DNA of 64,000 nucleotides from Actinomycetes bacterium (GTDB lineage Bacteria; Actinomycetota; Acidimicrobiia; Acidimicrobiales; Ilumatobacteraceae): NCBI GenBank assembly GCA_031415695.1, contig JANOSH010000001.1, positions 43,988 to 107,987 of the forward strand, read 5' to 3'. Shown piece by piece: positions 56,086 to 64,000 of this stretch (position 1 is its first letter; each line of letters starts with the position of its first letter). The notes under the pieces were generated by a model. It saw only the letters and a program-made list of their open reading frames with translations, ran no database searches and was not told where the DNA came from. The position numbers and the translations under genes were made by a program.

Positions 56086-58389
56086 ATGCGACGAGTTTTG
56101 TCCGTTTTGGCACTGTTTAGTTCGTTGGTTGCGGTAGTTCCAAGGCCAGCGGGGGCTGCGATCGTTGCTGGCTTCAGCGACACCGTGGTTACCGCGGCAA
56201 CGCTGCCAACCGCGATTACGGCGTTGCACGACGGGCGCAAGCTTGTGGCCGAACGTCAGGGCGCGGTGCGCATGTTGCGGGCCGACGGCACCTTGTCCGG
56301 GGCCTTGACCACTGTGCCCAACGTATGCACTGAGAGCGAGCGTGGCCTGCTCGGAATAGCGGCCGACGCGGCATTCGGGTCGAATGGTTATTTCTTCGTG
56401 TTCGCGACGGTGAACGACGGGGGCTGTGTCAACCGTGTGATCCGGTACACCCTCACCGGGTCCGCGGTCTCGTCTCCGACGGTGCTGTTGGCCCGCATCC
56501 CGTCGCCGGCTGGCAACCACAACGGTGGCGACGTCAAGGTCGGCAACGACGGCCTGCTGTACATCAGCGTCGGTGACGGCGGCTGCTACGTACGGGACGC
56601 CAGCATGTGCTCCCGCTCCAATCCGGCTGCGCGCGACCTCAGCACGCTGTCGGGGAAGATTCTTCGCATCACCAATACCGGCGCCATCCCGGGCGGGAAT
56701 CCCTACGTCGGCACCGGTACGGCACCCTGTGGGGCAACAGGGCTGATCACCCCTGGTAGCACCTGCCAGGAGATCTACGCGTGGGGTCTGCGAAACCCAT
56801 TCCGGATCGCGCTCGACATGAACTCGCCGGGCAGCCGCTTCTTCCTAAACGATGTCGGCCAGAACACGTGGGAGGAAATCGACGAGTTGGTGCCCGGCGC
56901 CGACTTCGGTTGGAACGTGCGGGAAGGAAGTTGCGCCAACGGTTCGACCACCGACTGCGGCGCCCCGCCGGCCGGCATGACGAACCCGCTGTTCACGTAC
57001 CGCACCGGGGAGGCCGGCTGCTCATCGATCGTGGGCGGGGCATTCGTGCCGTCGACGTGGCCAAACTTCTCGGGCGGCGCCTATCTGTACGCCGACTACG
57101 GCTGCGGCAAGGTCTTCCAGATTTCGCCGAGTGGCAGTGGATGGGCTCAGTCGAACTTCCTCGACGCCGCCAACATCGTGCACCTCGAGATGATCCCGGA
57201 GAATGGCGACTGGGCGTTGTACTACCTGAGCTACGCGAACGGCGGCGAGATTCACCGGGTCGTACCCGAGCGCGTCGCCTCGCCGGTTTCGCCCGGGCGT
57301 CTCATCCCTCGCGCCCCGACGCGAGTACTCGATACTCGCATCGGGCTCGGACGCACAACGGGCGACTCGACTATTTCGCTGACCCTGCCCAGCGACGTCG
57401 TACCAACCGAGGCAGTCGCCGTTGCCTTGAATGTCACCGTGACCGACCCGTTGTCGACCGGCTTCGTCACGGTGTTCCCGGGCGGCACCAACCGCCCGGG
57501 AACGTCGAACCTGAACACAACAGTGGTCGGTGAAACGGTTGCCAACGCCGTCGTGACAACGATAGGGCCGGGCCGAACGCTGTCGATCTACGCGCAGCCC
57601 GCCACCCATATTGTCGTCGACGTCACCGGATACTTCCTGCCGACCGAGGGCAGCGCCGACGGCCGCTTCGTGCCCGTCGACCCTAACCGGCTGCTCGATA
57701 CCCGTTCCGGGGCGAAGCCCGGCGCAGGCGCCCAACTCGACCTGCAGATCACCGGCCAGGGTGGCGTGCCGTCGACGGGGGCGGAAGCCGTGGCGCTTAT
57801 CGTGACGACGACCGAAGCCGACGCCGCGGGTTTTGTGACAGTGTGGCCGACCGGTCTGACCCGGCCGGTCGCGTCGACCGTGAACCCCAACTATGCCGGC
57901 GACATCCGATCCAATCTCGCGATCGTGCCGCTGGGCACCGGCGGGAAGGTGAGTCTGTACACGCAGACAAGCTCGCATCTGGTCGTCGACGTTGCCGGGT
58001 ATTTCACCGACAGCACAGCGAGCGTGTCGCAGAGCGGGTTGTACCAGGCGATCAACCCGGCGCGGGTGCTCGACAGCCGTGAGCCGGTAACCGGTCCTCG
58101 GTGGAGGCTCGGCGAAGATCGAGAGGTATCGGCCGCCTCGGTGCTCCAACGGCCCGGCGTCGCGGTGCTCTACAACCTGACGGCGACGAACACGTCGACC
58201 GGCGGATTCCTTACGGCCCATGCGTCGAACCTCGGGGTGCCCCTGGCGAGCAATGTCAACTTCGACGGGCCTGACCGGAATCGGGCGGCGCTGGCTATCA
58301 CCACGCTGGCTGGCTCACCGGTGTTCAAGGTGTTCGCGAACGTGCCGACGGATGTCATCGTCGACGTGTCGGGATTCTTTCTGGCCTGA
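56086..58389 (+). CDS. Secreted sGDH-like (glucose/sorbosone dehydrogenase family) beta-propeller protein with three C-terminal ~100-aa repeat domains
   Basis: Signal peptide MRRVLSVLALFSSLVAVVPRPAGAA. sGDH-like motif HNGGDVKVGNDGLLYISVGDGG. The C-terminal triplicated modules each start R(V/L)LD(T/S)R and end H(I/L)VVDV(T/A/S)G(Y/F)F. Confidence 0.6.
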   Translation: MRRVLSVLALFSSLVAVVPRPAGAAIVAGFSDTVVTAATLPTAITALHDGRKLVAERQGAVRMLRADGTLSGALTTVPNVCTESERGLLGIAADAAFGSNGYFFVFATVNDGGCVNRVIRYTLTGSAVSSPTVLLARIPSPAGNHNGGDVKVGNDGLLYISVGDGGCYVRDASMCSRSNPAARDLSTLSGKILRITNTGAIPGGNPYVGTGTAPCGATGLITPGSTCQEIYAWGLRNPFRIALDMNSPGSRFFLNDVGQNTWEEIDELVPGADFGWNVREGSCANGSTTDCGAPPAGMTNPLFTYRTGEAGCSSIVGGAFVPSTWPNFSGGAYLYADYGCGKVFQISPSGSGWAQSNFLDAANIVHLEMIPENGDWALYYLSYANGGEIHRVVPERVASPVSPGRLIPRAPTRVLDTRIGLGRTTGDSTISLTLPSDVVPTEAVAVALNVTVTDPLSTGFVTVFPGGTNRPGTSNLNTTVVGETVANAVVTTIGPGRTLSIYAQPATHIVVDVTGYFLPTEGSADGRFVPVDPNRLLDTRSGAKPGAGAQLDLQITGQGGVPSTGAEAVALIVTTTEADAAGFVTVWPTGLTRPVASTVNPNYAGDIRSNLAIVPLGTGGKVSLYTQTSSHLVVDVAGYFTDSTASVSQSGLYQAINPARVLDSREPVTGPRWRLGEDREVSAASVLQRPGVAVLYNLTATNTSTGGFLTAHASNLGVPLASNVNFDGPDRNRAALAITTLAGSPVFKVFANVPTDVIVDVSGFFLA

Positions 58390-58589
58390 TGCGTCTGCAG
58401 GGCTCGGGGCGGTTGTGCCGACGGCGTTCCGTCGGGCGCTGGTCGGCTTGTTACAGCGGGTTTCGCCAGCTTCGATGAACCCGAATCGGTCGAGCCTACA
58501 ACGTGCCTACAACACGACCCTGGGATCTAAACAGCAAAACGTGGCGTCGCATTGCTCCATACTCAGGAAGATTTGCTGTTTAGCGTCGA

Positions 58590-59656
58590 GTGCTGAGTAA
58601 GTGCATGGCAACTGCGACCCTGAATGTGCCATGGCTGCCAGCGGCTAGGCGCGTTGTCGACGGCCTTACGATCGTACGCGGGGGTGACGGGAGGTCGGTC
58701 ATCGAGGTTACCGATGCGGTACAGCTTGCCGAACTCCTGGCGGAGCGGTCCACGTGGCCGAACGGGCCGACAGTCCACGGGTACATGTGGGGTCGAACGG
58801 TTTGGGAGATTGCAGCGCTGGTCGGTGAGCAGGCCGCACGAAACAAGATCGTTGTCGCCGTCACCGGTCGAACCGCTCTGGCCTATCTCGGGGTCATGAC
58901 GACATCGTCGCCCCCTGACGTGCGTGTATGGGTCGACGCAGGCGACCGCGAACTTGCCGAGGTAGCGCCACTCTTGGGATTGGAGCCGGCACCGGTCGAG
59001 GTGCGATCTTCACACCGAGCCTCGCCGCACCGAATTCGCTGCTCAACTCTGGAGGGTGATGCGAAGTGAAGGCACATGTCGGTACCGCCGATCTTGACTT
59101 CCACCTGTCACTCCACCTTCTCGACGGCGAGACCGCCGACTACTACTAGGCCATCATCGACGGCCTGCGCCGCCTCGGGCTACAAGCCGACACCGTCGAT
59201 GGCCGCCCAGTGAAATGGCGATGGCTCGGCATACACCGTGGCGTTCATCTTCAAGTCGAGTTCCTGTGTCCTGTTCGTACACGCGGCGGGCGTCCTGAAG
59301 CACCGGCAGTCAACACCCCGGCAGAGGCCAACATCGGGCCAAGCGGCCAGATCACCGCACTCGCTGTCGGATTCGGCCGCCTCGTACCAGCCGACACCGT
59401 CATCGTCGAACGAAGCGTCGAGACCAGCCGTGGAGTCCTACGCTACGAATTCCCGGTTGCAGGGCTGACCTCCTGGCTATGCCTGAAAGCTGACGCCATC
59501 ATGCGACGAGACAAACCCAAGGACGCCTACGACGTCGTCTGGGTCATCACCGCGCTCGGCCCCGAAGCTGCAGCCGCACTCGTCGCCGCCAGCCCACTAC
59601 TGGCAAGCGAATATGCCGACGACGTACGAACACAACTTCGACGACTCCACGAATAG
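58590..59656 (+). pseudogene. Disrupted nucleotidyltransferase-like gene (frameshift near 59069 plus in-frame TAG near 59147)
   Basis: Three collinear pieces. Piece 1 is in frame 0 to 59069. Piece 2 (HVGTADLDFHLSLHLLDGETADYY, an NTase-like GxxDxDF pattern) and piece 3 (59210-59656) are in frame 2 and separated by a TAG. The family assignment is tentative. Confidence 0.3.
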
Positions 59657-60111
59657 TTCGAGACCGACGCTCCGTCGGACCGCGCGCCTACGCCGACTTC
59701 CTCCAGCAAACCGTCCCGACAACTGCGCAACGATTCGCAATAGGTGCCCTCGCCCGATTCTGGAACGCGCTCGAAACCACGATCGAGCCCAAATAGCTGC
59801 TAAGGGTTCCGACCGCCGCCCAAGCAGCGATCGCTTCGACCGCTGGCCGCAAGGGACACGAGAAGCCCAAGAGCGACGATCTGACCAAACGCTCACTCGC
59901 GGCGCGAACGATGACCTTCATCGTTCGTAGATCCGTCGGTCACTGCGGCAACGACCCCAAATTCCGTCGTGCCTACAGCGTGCCTAGAACAACGGGCAAC
60001 CAAAGTCACGAACGGGTAACCACGGGCACTATCTGATGCTGTATCCGCGCCGTCCGAGCCGGTAAACCATGCTCTGAGGAGGGGGAACGTGATTGTCTCC
60101 TGAACAGTTTA

Positions 60112-60152
60112 CCAAGCTGAGAACGCGGGTTCGATTCTCGTCACCCGCTCCA
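60112..60152 (+). repeat. 41-bp direct repeat of the 3' end of tRNA-Gly (1 mismatch), att-like remnant
   Basis: CCAAGCTGAGAACGCGGGTTCGATTCtCGTCACCCGCTCCA matches tRNA positions 55879-55919 from the anticodon loop to CCA. It lies 4.2 kb downstream in the same orientation. Confidence 0.8.
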
Positions 60153-60653
60153 CACGTTGGCCTGTTCAGAGACTGTTTCTGCTCGACGTCGCCGGGCGGT
60201 TCGGGCGCACCGTGCCACATCGTGCCATATCTCCCCGGTCTAATCGGGCGTATGTCACGCAACAGTTGTGGCAACGTGCGCAAGCTTCCGTCGGTGAAGT
60301 TTCAGGCGCGGTACTGCATCGACTACGTATGGCACTCGGCGCCCGCGACGTTCCGCACGAAGAAGGAAACCTACTCGTTCCTCGCCGGAGCGCGCACCGA
60401 TCTCGATCGCGGGGTCTGGCTCGACCCGGGGCGGGCAAGGTGTCGGTGGCCGTTCGCGGACCCGCAATGCGCCTCGCTGACGAGTATGGGCTCAGCGAAC
60501 GCGGCTACCCGATCCCTGTGGGTGCTCGACTAACCAGCCGTGGCTGCTGCCACGCGCTACGAGCCCTACCAGCAGCGTCTTGTCGGTGGGTCGCCTCAGG
60601 CCTGACCTTGAACCTTGTGGCCCTTCTTACTTTTTTCAGTTATTATCTTTGGA

Positions 60654-62129
60654 ATGAGTATACATAAGCCGGCTGAGCTCTTCGGTCGCGACGACGAATG
60701 GGCATCGCTCACGTCATTTGTCCAGCGGCCGGGCCTTGGGGTCGCAGTGGCGATGGTCTACGGACGCCGTCGGCAGGGCAAGACCATGCTCCTCGAAGGC
60801 CTCTGCGAAGGTGGGCGAGGCTTTCTCTGGCAGGCGCGTGAGCAGAGCGCTGCGCAAAACCTCCGGTCGCTTGAGCAGGCGATCGGCGAGTTCACCGGCG
60901 TCACGCCACGGTTGGACTCGTGGGACGCAGCAGTCGAGGCCGTCTGCGGACTTCGACGGCCGCAGGACAGCAACCAGGAGCCTCTCCCGGTTGTGTTGGA
61001 TGAGGTTGGGTATCTAATCGATGCTGACCCCGGGTTTGCGTCGCGGCTTCAGGCTGCGTTGGCGCCGTTGAGGAATCGGCGCCGCAAGTCGGCGGTACGG
61101 TTGATCCTGTGCGGGTCGGCCTTCGGGCAGATGCGACGGCTGGTCGACGCCGGTGCACCATTGCGTGGTCGTTCGCAGCTTGACCTCGCGCTGCGCCCAT
61201 TCCGGTTCAGCGAGGCCGCCGAATTCTGGAACCTCGACAACAATCCCGACCTCGCGTTCCGACTGCACGCGTTGATCGGTGGAACACCGGCGTACCGCGA
61301 ATTCGCGGGTGGCGAGACGCCGATAAAGGGAGACCTGGATCGTTGGGTCATTAGGCACCTGCTCTCGGCGTCGTCGCCGCTCATGAACGAGGGTCGGACT
61401 GTTGTCGCTGAAGACCCGGCGCTACACGACCGTGCGCTGTACTGGGCTGTGCTCGGAGCGGTGGCCGACGGTGCTGCGACCCGCGGCGAAATCACCGCAG
61501 CGCTCGATCGTGCCCCGACAGCACTTCACCATGCGCTCACCGCGCTCGTCAACGCTGATTGGCTGCGTGTCGATCAAGACCCGATCCGTGAACGGTCTTC
61601 TCGCTACTCCGTTAGCGAACCGATCGTCCGGTTCCACCGACTCGTCATCGAGCCAGCTGGTGCTCGACTCACGCAGCGCCGAACAGCGGCCGATGTATGG
61701 GCCGAGGCCATGATGACGGTCCGAGCGCGCATTTTCGCACCGCACCTCGAACACCTTGCCCGTGAGTGGGTGATGCTGGACGCTGAAACGACGACGACGG
61801 GCGGGCCGGTGAACCGATGCGGCCCAAGTCGTGTCGGCACCGGCACTAAGTCGTTCAAACTCGACCTGTTAGCGACGACCGCTGATCACCGTGGCGTGGG
61901 TAAGGTGTCGGTCGTGGGCGAGGTAAAATCGGGTCAGGAACGCACCGGTATCGACCAACTCGAACGGCTCGACACCGCGGTATCGATGCTCGACGCCACC
62001 CGAATCTCCGCACCACCCAAACGACTCCTCGTCGCTCGTTCCGGGTTCACCCGAGAACTCGAACAGCACGCACGCACTCGACCCGACGTCGAACTCGTCG
62101 ACCTTACGAGGCTGTACCACGGCACCTGA
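60654..62129 (+). CDS. AAA+ ATPase of the Arch_ATPase/DUF234 type
   Basis: Walker A GRRRQGKTMLLEGL, Walker B VVLDEVGYL, and a C-terminal DUF234-like region. The start is taken at MSIHKPAELFGRDDEW, although the ORF-track start is at 60615. Confidence 0.65.
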   Translation: MSIHKPAELFGRDDEWASLTSFVQRPGLGVAVAMVYGRRRQGKTMLLEGLCEGGRGFLWQAREQSAAQNLRSLEQAIGEFTGVTPRLDSWDAAVEAVCGLRRPQDSNQEPLPVVLDEVGYLIDADPGFASRLQAALAPLRNRRRKSAVRLILCGSAFGQMRRLVDAGAPLRGRSQLDLALRPFRFSEAAEFWNLDNNPDLAFRLHALIGGTPAYREFAGGETPIKGDLDRWVIRHLLSASSPLMNEGRTVVAEDPALHDRALYWAVLGAVADGAATRGEITAALDRAPTALHHALTALVNADWLRVDQDPIRERSSRYSVSEPIVRFHRLVIEPAGARLTQRRTAADVWAEAMMTVRARIFAPHLEHLAREWVMLDAETTTTGGPVNRCGPSRVGTGTKSFKLDLLATTADHRGVGKVSVVGEVKSGQERTGIDQLERLDTAVSMLDATRISAPPKRLLVARSGFTRELEQHARTRPDVELVDLTRLYHGT

Positions 62130-62183
62130 CCTCGTGAAGCCCGGCGCAGGCATTCGCCTTCTTCTCACCTACGCTTAGCGCGC

Positions 62184-62571
62184 GTGTATGACCCGGTGAA
62201 GGACGGCGTCGCAAAGTCATTCGAGTCAGTGGTCTACACCGAGGTTGCACCACCAGCGCACTTAGGTCAACTCGTGCACTGCTTCTGGGAGATGCGAACC
62301 AAGACCGACCTGGCCGAGGACTTCACGCTCCATGCCATGCCAGACGCCTGCGTCAACGTGCTGTTCAACCAGCAAGACACCCGGCGGCCTGCCATTGGTC
62401 GAGACGAGCCGGGCGGCGGCCAGCTTCGATTTCGACGGCAAGCTGCGGGTACAGCACTCGTTCCGCCAGGACTATCTGGCGTCTTTTGCGGACCAGTCGC
62501 ACTTCACCCATTCGTTCCGGAAGCTGACCGGCTTCACGCCCGGCCGGTTCAACAAGACGTTCGATGTCTGA
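62184..62571 (+). pseudogene. AraC-family regulator split by frameshift (N-terminal ligand-binding part and C-terminal HTH in different frames)
   Basis: The N-terminal piece (62184 onwards) is VHCFWEMRTKTDLAEDFTLHAMPDACVNVLFN. The AraC HTH (QDYLASFADQSHFTHSFRKLTGFTPGRFNK) is in the 62332-62571 frame. Confidence 0.55.
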
Positions 62572-62656
62572 TATTTACAATCTTTTCTAAACGTTTTGCG
62601 CTTCAGTGGTTCTGGAAGGCACACGGCCTTCACACCCACCGAAAGGAAACGCTCAT

Positions 62657-63033
62657 GAGGAAAGTTGGCTGGTTCGACATCTACGTCGAGGACATGGAAC
62701 GGGCGCAGACGTTCTACGAAACGGTGCTCAACACCAAACTGTCACCAATGGACGACCCGAAGGCCCGCATTTGGGCGGTGGGGTCGTTAGTCGAGCTTCA
62801 CCAGCGCGCCGCCAGCGCCGTGAGAGATGAAGTCGTCGCCGAAACGCCAAGCCAGGCCCGGGCGGCTCGATGGTCTACTTTTCCTGCGACGATTGCGCTT
62901 TGGAAGAAGCCCGGGTGGTGGCAGCCGGCGGCTTGATCGTCCGGCCAAAGTTCCCGATCGGCGAACACGGCTCAGTCTCGATCGTCACCGACACCGAAGG
63001 AAACATGATCGGCCTCCACTCCGTAACGTTGTA
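62657..63033 (+). pseudogene. VOC/glyoxalase-family protein, frameshifted
   Basis: The N-terminus MRKVGWFDIYVEDMERAQTFYETVLNTKL is in one frame. The C-terminus MVYFSCDDCALEEARVVAAGGLIVRPKFPIGEHGSVSIVTDTEGNMIGLHS is in another frame and ends at 63033. The shift lies somewhere in 62790-62870. Confidence 0.6.
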
Positions 63034-63068
63034 GTTGACATGAAAGACTTAGTCCGTAAACTTAGTTC

Positions 63069-63305
63069 ATGCGAACCGTCAACGTCCATGAGGCCAAAAC
63101 GCACCTCTCCCGCCTGCTCGATGACGTTCGCGCCGGAGAGGAGATCATCCTGGCCAAAGCTGGTCGACCCTACGCCCGACTCGTGCCGATCGGCTCGCCG
63201 CAGCGGCGCGAACTCGGGTTCCTTCCCGGCCTCCTCGGCAGCGGCGACGCTACGCTGGAGCCGCTCGATGACGACAAGTTGGCGACGTTCGAGGGCGATC
63301 TGTGA
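63069..63305 (+). CDS. Phd/YefM-type antitoxin
   Basis: MRTVNVHEAKTHLSRLLDDVRAGEEIILAKAGRPYARLVP is the Phd/YefM signature. There is a 4-nt overlap with the downstream PIN gene. Confidence 0.85.
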   Translation: MRTVNVHEAKTHLSRLLDDVRAGEEIILAKAGRPYARLVPIGSPQRRELGFLPGLLGSGDATLEPLDDDKLATFEGDL

Positions 63306-63691
63306 CCACCTATCTGCTCGACACCCACGTGTTGCTTTGGGCCGTTGCCGAGCCAGGAAAGCTGTCCAGATCCGTCCACTCCCACCTGCTCGACGAATCC
63401 AACGAGCTGCTCGTGTCGGCCGCCTCAGCGTGGGAGATTGCGACGAAGTTCAGAATCGGCAAGCTTCCCAACGCCGGCCCACTACTCGAGGATTGGGATG
63501 AATCCATCAAACGCCTGCGCGGCACCCCACTGGCGATCGACGGCAGCCAAGCCCGCCGAGCAGGGCTGTACCAATCAGAGCACCGCGATCCCTTCGACCG
63601 ACTACTCGCCGCCCAGGCCGAGTTGTTTGGTTGCCCGCTGCTCACCATCGACGATGCATTCGCCCAATTCCCCATCGCCACGATCTGGTAA
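63302..63691 (+). CDS. vapC: VapC PIN-domain toxin (intact)
   Basis: PIN acidic residues in context YLLDTHVLLW, SAASAWEIA and DPFDRLLAAQA, and LLTID. The protein is 129 aa. Confidence 0.85.
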   Translation: MTTYLLDTHVLLWAVAEPGKLSRSVHSHLLDESNELLVSAASAWEIATKFRIGKLPNAGPLLEDWDESIKRLRGTPLAIDGSQARRAGLYQSEHRDPFDRLLAAQAELFGCPLLTIDDAFAQFPIATIW

Positions 63692-63694
63692 CTG

Positions 63695-64000
63695 TGAACA
63701 CGGCAAATCTCCCGCGCCTCGTCACGCTGTGTCTCGATGCGAATCACCCACTGCGTCTCGCACGATTCTGGGCCGAAGCACTCGGCTGGACCGTGGCCAA
63801 CAACGGGGACGAAATCGGTCTCGAACCAACCGACGGCACCCGATTCAACCTGCTGTTCGAGCCAGTCCCGCAGCAAAAGGTGGGCAGGAACCGGATCCAT
63901 CTGGATCTGACCACGACATCGATTGACGACCAAGAGCGAACGGTCGCGAGGTTGATCGAGATCGGCGCTCACCACATCGACATCGGTCAAAGCCCCGACG
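63695..64000 (+). CDS. Glyoxalase-like/VOC-fold protein (partial, runs off window end)
   Basis: A GTG start gives VNTANLPRLVTLCLDANHPLRLARFWAEALGW, typical of glyoxalase-like-domain proteins. The 3' end is truncated by the window. Confidence 0.5.

Noticed and set aside
59660-60110. Integrase gene expected next to the tRNA-derived att-like repeat
   Set aside because: No ORF with tyrosine or serine recombinase motifs (R..H..R..Y region, or an S-recombinase N-terminal Ser) could be seen in any frame. Only short featureless ORFs occur. It is left as a hypothesis to test by blastx.
62827-63501. 224-aa plus-strand ORF spanning the VOC pseudogene and the Phd antitoxin region
   Set aside because: Arg/Pro-rich translation in a third frame. 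The region is better explained by the frameshifted VOC gene and the Phd/VapC pair, both of which have clear family signatures.

Overview
This is a high-GC (~65%) actinobacterial chromosomal segment in which housekeeping genes alternate with accessory islands. Core genes called with high confidence: radA, map (SEC-C type), coaA, a Nei/Fpg glycosylase, an M20 amidohydrolase, the dnaK-grpE-dnaJ-hspR operon with an upstream HAIR operator, gpmA, a WbaP-like sugar transferase, a helZ-like SNF2 helicase with its SWIM partner, dcd and tRNA-Gly(CCC). The most notable feature is a Tad/Flp pilus operon on the minus strand (cpaB, tadZ, tadA, tadB, tadC, flp, tadE). It continues, with 4-nt start/stop overlaps, into a membrane-spanning LysM protein with a cytoplasmic SARP (wHTH+BTAD) domain. 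It ends in a 1375-aa triple-P-loop FtsK/SpoIIIE ATPase of the type VII secretion EssC/EccC kind, which carries a ubiquitin-like/FHA-like N-terminus. No other T7SS genes or WXG100 substrates are in the window. A second accessory region (35.4-47.6 kb) looks like a defence/toxin island. It holds a degraded Type III-like R-M fusion ORF, an AbiEi/AbiEii pair with a frameshifted toxin, a VapBC pair with a frameshifted toxin, and an intact divergent module: a 1058-aa patatin-like phospholipase with a multi-TM C-terminus, opposite a 918-aa CHAT (caspase-like) protease overlapping an MBL-fold hydrolase, followed by a Fic protein with an AT-rich triple-repeat operator. A 41-bp duplication of the tRNA-Gly 3' end lies 4.2 kb downstream of the tRNA. 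It brackets a decayed integrase-less islet carrying a secreted sGDH-like beta-propeller protein with three C-terminal repeats. A further pseudogene cluster (split AraC, frameshifted VOC) sits next to an intact Phd/VapC pair. Gene disruptions fall in accessory genes only, which argues for real decay rather than random sequencing error, but this needs read-level checking. No CRISPR arrays, rRNA or transposases were seen.
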